Positions 9,880 through 18,233 of a stretch of 64,000 nt of DNA are shown here, one piece after another (the first letter of the stretch is position 1; each line of letters opens with the position of its first letter). Position numbers and translations under genes: made by a program. A model generated the notes under the pieces. The model made no database searches, was not told where the DNA came from, and saw only the letters and a program-made list of their open reading frames with translations. The DNA is from an uncultured bacterium (GTDB lineage: Bacteria > Patescibacteriota > Microgenomatia > Levybacterales > UBA12049), in assembly GCA_963826535.1 (NCBI GenBank), contig CAWGXL010000002.1:30503-94502 (forward strand), given 5' to 3'.

Positions 9880-12800
9880 ATGGGAGAAACCTCACTTGCC
9901 GAGTCAATCGACCCAAAATTGGTAAATTTTCAAAAAGACGTACCTACTCAGAAAAAACCAAATTTGTATCTAGTTAACCCTCCGCAGCATCTAGAATCTT
10001 CCGCTAAAAAGAAAAATGGCGAAGTTCCTCATCCACCGGAAAAATCAAAATTTATATTTGACAGATCAAAAATTGAAGATGAATCAAAAAACTTTGATAA
10101 AGCAATACTAGATCCACTTACCGGAGTTGACCCTGCTTTTGAAGCAGGAACAAAAAACAATTTAGATTACCTTTGCCGCACCGGCGATCTTGAATTTAAC
10201 ACCCCAAGAACACAGATTCTTCAGAATATTGTCGATAAAATGACAGGACAAGACGGTATTCATGAAAAACTTATGACCGTATCTTCAAAAAAAGCAGTTG
10301 AAGCACGAATTGTAATAAAAAACAAAGGCGAGGCAGATGACGCCTTTGTACTTCCGGACGGGACGATTGTTTTATCTCAATCACTTATTGATAAGCTTAC
10401 TTTGGATGAGGTTGGCGGAGTCATGGCTCATGAGATTAACCACATCAGAACCGAAACAGCGGCAAAAAAAGAAGCAGCCGGAGGTCATGCATTTGGAGTT
10501 TGCTGGGCGCATGAAACCGCGGAAGACGCACTCGCTCCTGACCTATTGGTAAAAGCCGACCTTAATAGTTTAGGATTCTCTTCAGCAATCATCAAAGTTT
10601 CGGGCGCGGAAAGAGGAAGTATACATCAAAGTGGACTTTCCCGTGGTTCACAAAGCGTAGGACAGCACTTCGGACTGGATTTCGGCACAAGCAGCCAAGA
10701 ACAGACGCCACTTCCGGAACTACTAAAAACAAAAGAACCAATAAAAAAAACCAATCTGGAAGTAATGGGACAGCTTATCCGCCAGCAGGAACCTGAAAAT
10801 GTAGAACAAACGCTCTCTCTTTTGCACCCGCATGACTTAAAAGACGCTTATCAACATATAATCAATCAGGAGCGAGGAGGTGAATATTGGTCTCCAAAGG
10901 CGCTAACCGAGGAACAGAAAAAAATTATTGAGCTTGGCAGCGCGTATTTAAATAATCGATTGGAAGAAGCAGGCTATTCGCAAACTGAAAGGAATCTATT
11001 TTTTATCTTTATGCAAAGTTATAGTGCACGTACCCCCAGCTTCAGCATGATAAAAACACCTGAAATGGTGCTTGAAGCGACACGCGCTTTACCGGACTAC
11101 ATTAACTTTGGCGGACATGGCGACATTCATAGATCTCTTTTTGATAAAGAAATTACCGGCAGTACGGTGGAATCTTTCCTAAACATAATAAGTGCTAGAA
11201 TGCATGATACCGGTATCTCTCCTCAAGGTCAGAATGAAATACCCATCACAAAAGAGATTCTATTAAAAACACTGACTGAGATAAATTCGTGGGAAAATAT
11301 CGCCAACGGTTTAAAAGTTAAAGGTAAAGCAGGAGTATTTACCCAGGTCATAGAAAGTTATATAAGTAAAACCTACATCAGTACAGATAATGCCTATAAA
11401 AAGTTGCTTGATGAAACAAAAACAAGAGAATTACTTCAGGAAGTAAAAGATTTAAATATCCCAATAAATCTGGATACCCTTCATACAAGAATGAGTGCCT
11501 CTCCGGAAGAAAGAAAAGTTTATGAATTATTTAAAGAATTTTTTGTAGAAAAGAGCCCTAAAACAACTGAGCAAAGTATAGACGATTTTCTTGACTCATA
11601 TATAGGTCTACCGGAAAATGAAAAAGGAGGGGAACTTGATTATTTCATGAAAATAATCCGCAAAGATTTCGATGAAAAAGAACTAACAGACGCTCAAAGA
11701 ATAAATTATGTCAAGTATTTCGGGTCAAAAGTAAAAGAGCTCGATCTCTCATCAAATATTGACCTAAACAAGGAACTCAATCTGAATATTAAAGAAATTC
11801 CAGACAAAGAGCTATTCCAAAGAAACTTATTGGAATTTAATATGCAATCAAATGCTGCACTCGCCCTGCTGCAAAAAGACGGTGAAGAATTTTATGATTA
11901 TATTAAAGTACTTATGGATAAATCAGGCATTGATATACAAAACTGTTCTCCGGCAGGAATATACAATCTCAGCGCGAGCTTAATTAATATAGACAAAGGT
12001 CACTTTTACAACTTTGACGAGAAAAGTGTTAAAGAGAAAGATTATGTCTTCTTATTAAACCAAATAAAAATTGAAAACATAAATAAGTATCTTCAATTGC
12101 CGTTTCTCCAAAAACTCATGGAAGAATCTGAAAAAAAATTATCTTTTACAACATTAAAAGATTTAAACAAGTATATTGATACTGAAATATTCCAAAAAAG
12201 GCTTGATAGTAGAAGCAGCAGTCATTTATTTGAAGACACACTAAGCTCAATAATTACCCTAAAACCGGTTAGGGAAAATTTCTTGGAATTACTACAACGC
12301 GGTGTCCCTGAAGATGAATACCCACAGTTGTATAAATTTATAAAATTAGAATATCCATCAGGTCCGCGTGAAAAAGAATTTCTCAGAGCATTAAATGTCA
12401 GGTATTTGGACAAACCAATTGGTTCCCAAAACGAATTACATGAGAGAATTGATTATCTTAAGCAAAATTTTAATTCCGTCGGACCGGAGGGGATGGCACT
12501 ACTTGCCAATCATATCAATACATTGCCTCAATATCTGCATTTCAGGAAAGAAATGGCAGAGCTATTGGCCACTTATTTGGATGGGTCAGGTATAGTCAGC
12601 GCTGTCGCGATGGGAGACTTCGCAACCTCGTTTTTTACAAAACACTTTGCGGATCTATTAGAAAGCAGCAAAACAGACAAGCAGACAAAAAGTAAATTAT
12701 CAACAGACATGGCCAAGGAATGGTTCAAATTTTTCTTTATAGAAGGATCTAATCGTGATAAAAGAGTGAATTTTGACAAAGAAACAGGCAAAATAGAATT

Positions 12801-14574
12801 AAACGGTACCACACGAGATATTTTCAAAACATTTGCTGATTTGGTAAAAGAAATAAAAGGTCTTTCTGAACTTAAGAGATTTGCTATCACCCACAAATCA
12901 CTGGTTGATACCGGAGGAGCATTAACAGACGACAACAACAGAAAGCAATTGGGAGAAATACTTAACGCATCTCTGGAAACAAAGTCAACTTTTATCAGTC
13001 ATGCTCTGCAAAAAGGCTGCGAGCTAGCACCGGCAGAATTTTTCAGCTTCCCAATCTCAAAAATGCTTGCTCCTTTATTATTTAGGAGCCTTGATACCAA
13101 TTATGTGGATCTTAAAAAAGTATCGAGGGAAGATTATGAGGATAAAGTTCCATATAAACAGCTTCCTGTATTATTCGGATCAGACACCAGAGACGTAACG
13201 CTTTTTGGCGCACATTACAAAGGGGAGACTAATACAAAAGTTGCCCAAATGGCCATAGAAAGCGATGATCAATACCACCTCGCAACCCAATTACTTGATC
13301 GAATACTTACAGAAGAACCTGTTATAGGGGCGCCACATAAAGAGCCTGACGAAAAAGTTAAAGTTGATCCCAATACTGAAGCGATTATTAGCGCTGTTGA
13401 AGCGAGCGGGCCACTTGGAAAAAGATGTCTTCAGCTCTCGCGCCAACTTCATGAATTTGCGCCGGCTACAGACAGACGTCTTGCGAATTCCTTTGATAGC
13501 ACACCCGGTCTGAATAAATTGTTTCTTTGGGAAAATCTGGTCAGACATATGGAAAATGGTCATGACCCCGAACTTTCGGATTTTATAAAAAATAACCTTG
13601 TGGAGCTTAATGATGTCATAGCTGGCGGCAGCCTAAATACTGTAGCCAGCGCTAAAGTCAAAGATGAAAAAGGTAATACACGAAGCGCAGTTCTTCGTTA
13701 TCTCAACCCCAACCCGGAAGTTTTTATCGCAAAAACCCATGAAACAGCGCAAAAAGTATTAGAAGCAATTGAACTGACGGGAAATTCGCAAGATAGAAAA
13801 TTTGCGCGTATGGGATTAGTTTTTACTGATCTCTCCCGGGAATGGTGTCTCCGCGATATCAATGACCCGACATATGAAAAAGATGATGATGAATTTCGGG
13901 AGACTATTAGGTCATTCAATGAGCAAAAAGCAACATCATTCTATGCACCGGAACGGCTATTTACCCATAGAAAATTGAAAGTTGAGGAAGAAGCAGAAGG
14001 CAGGACAATAAATAAACTATTAAATGATGCAAACATATCTGTTAATGAAAAAAAGGAAACGGTCAACCGCCTAATGAGCTTTTTTGACTTTCAATTAACA
14101 AACCTGGCAGGAACCTCAGAGACAGGAGAAAATTACTATCTCATCCATTCAGATCCTCATGTTGGCAATTACATGATGGAAAATGGAAACTTAACAGAAA
14201 ACGCCGTACTAGATAGAAACATGTATTTGAAAATTAACGGGCAAGAAGCAAATATGTTTCATAATTTATTAAATACAGGCGACTATAAAACTTTTATTGA
14301 TCCGTTTATAGATGCATTATTGGATAAGAATAAAGTAATAAATGAAACTACAAGAAACGAAAGTAAAAAAAGGATAATGCGCTCCATGAAAACCGAGTAT
14401 TTAAAACAACAAATGTATCGCATGGTAAAATTCCGTTCAACCGTTGATAATTTTTCATTGATACGTAGTCTTATGAATGAATGCGCGGAAGCTAAGTTGG
14501 ATATACCGCTTGAAATGCGCCTTATGATCAGAAATGTAGAAATATTCAGAAATTTGGCGCAAAAATATTCTTAA
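9880..14574 (+). CDS. giant multidomain protein (1564 aa): N-terminal soluble M48-like Zn-metallopeptidase domain and C-terminal UbiB/ABC1-like atypical kinase domain
   Basis: The N-terminal region ...ADDAFVLPDGTIVLSQSLIDKLTLDEVGGVMAHEINHIRTE...AHETAEDALA fits the M48 pattern (NAF..G..ivl..gLl..l...El.aVlaHElgH, followed by the E..AD..A third-ligand motif). The C-terminal region GGSLNTVASAKVKDEKGNTRSAVLRYLNPN...HSDPHVGNYMMENG...VLDRNMY matches ABC1/UbiB motifs (ASIGQVH...VAVKVQRP; HADPHPGN), with K->R in VAVK and DFG->DRN. There is no signal peptide or TM segment. The ~900-aa Lys/Glu-rich middle has no motif I can name. Confidence 0.6.
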   Translation: MGETSLAESIDPKLVNFQKDVPTQKKPNLYLVNPPQHLESSAKKKNGEVPHPPEKSKFIFDRSKIEDESKNFDKAILDPLTGVDPAFEAGTKNNLDYLCRTGDLEFNTPRTQILQNIVDKMTGQDGIHEKLMTVSSKKAVEARIVIKNKGEADDAFVLPDGTIVLSQSLIDKLTLDEVGGVMAHEINHIRTETAAKKEAAGGHAFGVCWAHETAEDALAPDLLVKADLNSLGFSSAIIKVSGAERGSIHQSGLSRGSQSVGQHFGLDFGTSSQEQTPLPELLKTKEPIKKTNLEVMGQLIRQQEPENVEQTLSLLHPHDLKDAYQHIINQERGGEYWSPKALTEEQKKIIELGSAYLNNRLEEAGYSQTERNLFFIFMQSYSARTPSFSMIKTPEMVLEATRALPDYINFGGHGDIHRSLFDKEITGSTVESFLNIISARMHDTGISPQGQNEIPITKEILLKTLTEINSWENIANGLKVKGKAGVFTQVIESYISKTYISTDNAYKKLLDETKTRELLQEVKDLNIPINLDTLHTRMSASPEERKVYELFKEFFVEKSPKTTEQSIDDFLDSYIGLPENEKGGELDYFMKIIRKDFDEKELTDAQRINYVKYFGSKVKELDLSSNIDLNKELNLNIKEIPDKELFQRNLLEFNMQSNAALALLQKDGEEFYDYIKVLMDKSGIDIQNCSPAGIYNLSASLINIDKGHFYNFDEKSVKEKDYVFLLNQIKIENINKYLQLPFLQKLMEESEKKLSFTTLKDLNKYIDTEIFQKRLDSRSSSHLFEDTLSSIITLKPVRENFLELLQRGVPEDEYPQLYKFIKLEYPSGPREKEFLRALNVRYLDKPIGSQNELHERIDYLKQNFNSVGPEGMALLANHINTLPQYLHFRKEMAELLATYLDGSGIVSAVAMGDFATSFFTKHFADLLESSKTDKQTKSKLSTDMAKEWFKFFFIEGSNRDKRVNFDKETGKIELNGTTRDIFKTFADLVKEIKGLSELKRFAITHKSLVDTGGALTDDNNRKQLGEILNASLETKSTFISHALQKGCELAPAEFFSFPISKMLAPLLFRSLDTNYVDLKKVSREDYEDKVPYKQLPVLFGSDTRDVTLFGAHYKGETNTKVAQMAIESDDQYHLATQLLDRILTEEPVIGAPHKEPDEKVKVDPNTEAIISAVEASGPLGKRCLQLSRQLHEFAPATDRRLANSFDSTPGLNKLFLWENLVRHMENGHDPELSDFIKNNLVELNDVIAGGSLNTVASAKVKDEKGNTRSAVLRYLNPNPEVFIAKTHETAQKVLEAIELTGNSQDRKFARMGLVFTDLSREWCLRDINDPTYEKDDDEFRETIRSFNEQKATSFYAPERLFTHRKLKVEEEAEGRTINKLLNDANISVNEKKETVNRLMSFFDFQLTNLAGTSETGENYYLIHSDPHVGNYMMENGNLTENAVLDRNMYLKINGQEANMFHNLLNTGDYKTFIDPFIDALLDKNKVINETTRNESKKRIMRSMKTEYLKQQMYRMVKFRSTVDNFSLIRSLMNECAEAKLDIPLEMRLMIRNVEIFRNLAQKYS

Positions 14575-14606
14575 CATCAGAGTTCTAAGTTGAATGTTCA
14601 TGTTAT

Positions 14607-14615
14607 AATATAATT
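14607..14615 (+). promoter_or_regulatory. extended -10 element TGTTATAAT upstream of the MGMT-domain gene
   Basis: TGnTATAAT match 26 nt upstream of the ATG at 14641. Confidence 0.3.
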
Positions 14616-14640
14616 GTCAGTGCAGAAAAGTTTGTAATTT

Positions 14641-14949
14641 ATGAAAAAATCTTTTCGCGATAAAGTTTATGAAATTACAAAAAAAATTCCGAAAGGGAAA
14701 GTTGCGACCTACGGCCAAATCGCCGCAATGGCCGGTAGCCCAAGAGCAGCACGGGCTGTCGGGATGTTAATGAAAAATAATCCTGATATGCCAAGAACTC
14801 CTTGTCATCGCGTAGTTGCATCCGATGGCCGCTTGACAGGTTATTCAGCCAAAGATGGTATCAAAACAAAAAAGGAGATGCTTGTCGATGAAGGCGTGGT
14901 TTTTATTGGAGATAGAGTAAATTTGGTTAAGTCACAATGGAAGCCGTAG
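14641..14949 (+). CDS. stand-alone methylated-DNA-[protein]-cysteine S-methyltransferase DNA-binding domain protein (Ogt/MGMT C-terminal domain only)
   Basis: 102-aa ORF with the ...TYGQIA...AARAVG...NP...PCHRVV... signature. The PCHR active-site Cys is present and the N-terminal domain is absent. Confidence 0.75.
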   Translation: MKKSFRDKVYEITKKIPKGKVATYGQIAAMAGSPRAARAVGMLMKNNPDMPRTPCHRVVASDGRLTGYSAKDGIKTKKEMLVDEGVVFIGDRVNLVKSQWKP

Positions 14950-14959
14950 AGAATTCTGC

Positions 14960-14990
14960 TTGACTTATTTACTCTTTTTTAATATATAAT
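14960..14990 (+). promoter_or_regulatory. sigma70-like promoter candidate for the purF-purN gene (TTGACT ... TATAAT)
   Basis: TTGACT at 14960-14965 and TATAAT at 14985-14990, with a 19-bp spacer. It lies about 115 nt upstream of the 15106 start in an AT-rich leader. Confidence 0.35.
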
Positions 14991-15105
14991 ATAAGTAATA
15001 TGCGTCACCATTATTGCAAAAGAGCTGCCAAGACTGGGTAGAATATCCATAACTGAACCTCGCTTAGCGGGGTTTTTTAATTTTAGAACTTATTTTGTAT
15101 TAATT

Positions 15106-17274
15106 ATGATAAACCGAAAGGCGTTCGGTAATTTAGTTGTTTTGAAAGAGCAATTAAAAGAGAAGTGCGGAGTCATTGGGGTTTGGTCTGGAGAAAAAAT
15201 TGCGCCTTATTATGTACGAAAAGGTTTGTCCACACTGCAGCATCGAGGTCAAGAAAGTGCCGGAATTAGCATTTACACTCCTCAAGACAAAATAAAAACT
15301 TATTCAGGCATGGGTCTTGTTCTCGGTGTGCTGACAGCCGAAGTTCTTAAGCAGCTGGGAGAAAGTATGGCTGCTATTGGACATAATAGATATTCTACCA
15401 GCGGCAGTACCAGTTTAAGTAATGCCCAACCTATTACGCTCAAAAAGGGAAAATTTGAATTGAGCATAGGACATAATGGCAATATCCCTGATTGCGAGTA
15501 CCTTGGAGAACAAATAGAAGAAAAACAAAAAGAAGGAGAAACCAGCGATACTCATCTAGTCGCAAAGCTCCTATTGCAAGAACGGCCAAACTATTCAGAT
15601 TGGGACGAAACCCTAAAACAAGTATTACCGCGAATTCGCGGAGCTTTTTGTTTTGTAATTTTAACTGAAGACGGCAACATTTACGGCGCCCGCGATACAT
15701 ATGGTATACGGCCCTTTTGTTTAGGAAAATTTGAGAATGGGTGGATTATTGCCTCAGAATCTGTTGCTGTTGATTTAACAGGTGCCGAATTTTTGCGCGA
15801 TATTAAACCGGGAGAGATTATTAAGATCAGCTTTGATGGGAAGCTTACCTCTTTCTTTTTCGGTGCGCCATCAAGAGAACAGAATTGTATTTTTGAATAT
15901 ATTTATTTTTCCCGCCCGGATAGTTTTGAAAATGGCATTAGGATAAGAAAAGGGCGTGAAGAATCAGGCAGACTGTTGGGACAGCGAATTCTGAAAAAGG
16001 CAATCTTGGCAGATGTCGTGGTCCCTGTCTTTGACTCCGGATATCCGGCGGCGAAAGGAGTGGCGCATGTTCTTGGATTGCCTCTTGTGGACGCTATTAC
16101 TGTAAGTCATTATATCGGCCGAACTTTTATCCAACCGGGGCATGAAAATAGAAAGGCAGCAGTGAATGGCAAGCATAATATTATACCCGATGATATTAAG
16201 GGTATGCGAATTATTGTGGTTGATGATTCAGCAGTACGATTAACAACGAGCAAGCGGTTGACTCGTGAATTAAATGCAGCAGGTGCAAAGAGTGTATTTA
16301 TGGCTATTGCCAGCCCTCCAGTTGTTAACCACTGCGATATGGGCATTGATATGAAAAGTAAAAAAGAACTGCCGGCTTCTCTTTGGGAACATGAACCATT
16401 TGAGCTGATTGAAGAAAATGTTGCCAAGTTTATAGGCTCAAATGCAGCCGTGTATTTGCCAATTGAAGATTTAACCCGCGCTTTAGGAGGCGCAAAAGAG
16501 GATTTCTATCACTATCCGTTTGGTGGACCGCATCCTATACGCGATGCACAGCATAAATTTCCCAAGAGGAAGAAAACTATAAATCCTAAACCAAGAATAG
16601 CAATTTTAATTTCCGGAACTGGCACAAATCTTCAGGCAATTATCGATGGTGTAAAAACTCATGATATTGAGGCAGAAATCGTTTCAGTGGTATCGAACAA
16701 AAAGGACGCCTATGGTCTCAAAAGAGCCAAAGAGAATAATATTCCAACCCTCGTTCTTCCTATGACAGGAAAACTGAATGATAAAGTCGCGAGAAAAGAA
16801 TTTGAGTTGAAGCTTCTTGCTCATATCAAAAAGACCGCCGCCGACCTTATTGTTTTGGCTGGCTGGATGTTGGTTTTGGGGGATGAGTTCCTATCTGCTT
16901 TAGCAAAATTGGAAGTGCCTGTTATTAATCTTCATCCCGCGTTATTATCAAAAGGCAATGAAGATCATATCGCTACATCACGCGGGACTATCCCGGTTAT
17001 CCGTGGTATAGGTACACAAGCAATAAAATATGCTTTTGACAAAAACTTACTTGTTTCAGGAGTGACAGTCCATCAAATACTCCCCAAAAATAATTTTGAT
17101 ATCGGCCCGGTCATTTTAAAAGAGGAAGTAAGAAGAAGAAAAGAAGATACACTTGAAACATTTGAGAAACGAACTCATGAAGCGGAATATCGGGTTTTAC
17201 CAACAGCGATCAAAAGAGTTTTGCACGTCATGAAACAAGGAGTAGATGTAAGCCGCGGGGAGTTTTATTGGTAA
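15106..17274 (+). CDS. purF: fusion protein: amidophosphoribosyltransferase (PurF, with ~20-aa propeptide) fused to phosphoribosylglycinamide formyltransferase (PurN)
   Basis: The PurF part has the Ntn class-II amidotransferase start ...KEKCGVIGVW after a propeptide, and a PRTase motif ...GMRIIVVDDSAVRLTTSKRL.... The C-terminal ~200 aa read PRIAILISGTGTNLQAIIDG...VINLHPALLSK...GVTVHQI, the PurN formyltransferase signatures. Confidence 0.8.
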   Translation: MINRKAFGNLVVLKEQLKEKCGVIGVWSGEKIAPYYVRKGLSTLQHRGQESAGISIYTPQDKIKTYSGMGLVLGVLTAEVLKQLGESMAAIGHNRYSTSGSTSLSNAQPITLKKGKFELSIGHNGNIPDCEYLGEQIEEKQKEGETSDTHLVAKLLLQERPNYSDWDETLKQVLPRIRGAFCFVILTEDGNIYGARDTYGIRPFCLGKFENGWIIASESVAVDLTGAEFLRDIKPGEIIKISFDGKLTSFFFGAPSREQNCIFEYIYFSRPDSFENGIRIRKGREESGRLLGQRILKKAILADVVVPVFDSGYPAAKGVAHVLGLPLVDAITVSHYIGRTFIQPGHENRKAAVNGKHNIIPDDIKGMRIIVVDDSAVRLTTSKRLTRELNAAGAKSVFMAIASPPVVNHCDMGIDMKSKKELPASLWEHEPFELIEENVAKFIGSNAAVYLPIEDLTRALGGAKEDFYHYPFGGPHPIRDAQHKFPKRKKTINPKPRIAILISGTGTNLQAIIDGVKTHDIEAEIVSVVSNKKDAYGLKRAKENNIPTLVLPMTGKLNDKVARKEFELKLLAHIKKTAADLIVLAGWMLVLGDEFLSALAKLEVPVINLHPALLSKGNEDHIATSRGTIPVIRGIGTQAIKYAFDKNLLVSGVTVHQILPKNNFDIGPVILKEEVRRRKEDTLETFEKRTHEAEYRVLPTAIKRVLHVMKQGVDVSRGEFYW

Positions 17275-17308
17275 CCCGCCTTACGCATAACATGATAAAA
17301 TAAGAACG

Positions 17309-18217
17309 ATGACCTTTCTTGAAAAATTCGAACTCCTGAAAAAATCAATTCCTGTTCCGGCCATAACGATTGACAAATCTACAATTGATTGTGAATACGT
17401 AGATTATGCCTATGGAAGCAAAAATTGCTATTATTGTTTTACTAGCAATCTACTTAAAGACAGTATGTATTCAACAATGGGATGGGGCGATAAGTTAGTA
17501 GATTGTACTTATTTAGCAGAGTCGGAAAGATGTTTTCAATGCGTTGATTGCACTAAATGTTATAGCTCTACCTATTTAATGGATTGTAATAGCACTACTG
17601 ATTGCCATTTCTCGGCATTTTTAAACTCTTGCAACGATTGTTTTGGTTGTGTTGCATTAACTCATAAGAAATATTGTATTTTCAACAAACAATACACAAA
17701 AGATGAATATATGAAAAAAGTTGAAGAATTAAAAAAAGAAAAACCTGAAAAGATTCTAAAACAAATGCTGGAATTAAAAAAACAAATACCTCATCCCGCA
17801 AGCATACAATACAATAATGAAAAAAGCCCTTATGGTGATTATATATATGATTCAAAGAACGTTTATTGGGGTTTTAATTGTTGGTATGGAGAAAATTGTG
17901 GATATATCTATACAGGCGGTACGTCGAAAAACTCATGGGACACTTTTTTCTCAGGCGGATTCAAATCTAAAGGAACTATTTCTGAACGAGTTTATGAACA
18001 AGTAGATTCAGTCGTATGTTACGATTGTGCATTTCTTAACAATTGTAATAACTGCACTAATTGTTATTACAGCGCGGATATGAGAAACTGCTCAGACTGC
18101 TTCGGTTGCGTTGGGCTATCAAAGAAAAAATACTGTATCCTCAATAATCAACTAACCAAAGACCAATACGAAAAAGCTGTTAAAAATATCAGAAAAGAAC
18201 TTGGGTGGAAATCTTAG
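17309..18217 (+). CDS. Cys-rich repeat protein, paralog 2, embedded in the purine operon
   Basis: 302-aa ORF about 65% identical to 4890..5807 with the same C-x2-C repeat architecture and N-terminus (MTFLEKFELLKKSIPVPA). It starts 35 bp after purF-purN and overlaps the purD start. Confidence 0.6.
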   Translation: MTFLEKFELLKKSIPVPAITIDKSTIDCEYVDYAYGSKNCYYCFTSNLLKDSMYSTMGWGDKLVDCTYLAESERCFQCVDCTKCYSSTYLMDCNSTTDCHFSAFLNSCNDCFGCVALTHKKYCIFNKQYTKDEYMKKVEELKKEKPEKILKQMLELKKQIPHPASIQYNNEKSPYGDYIYDSKNVYWGFNCWYGENCGYIYTGGTSKNSWDTFFSGGFKSKGTISERVYEQVDSVVCYDCAFLNNCNNCTNCYYSADMRNCSDCFGCVGLSKKKYCILNNQLTKDQYEKAVKNIRKELGWKS

Positions 18218-18233
18218 TCTTGGAAAGATAGAT

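Noticed and set aside
14950-15105. Search for a purine (guanine/adenine) or ZTP riboswitch in the purF leader, and in the purK-purE gap (28049-28164)
   Set aside because: I could not find the conserved purine-riboswitch core (UAUA…GGGA…UAUGGCCC…GUUUCUACC) or the ZTP pfl motif by eye. Only promoter-like elements and direct repeats are present.
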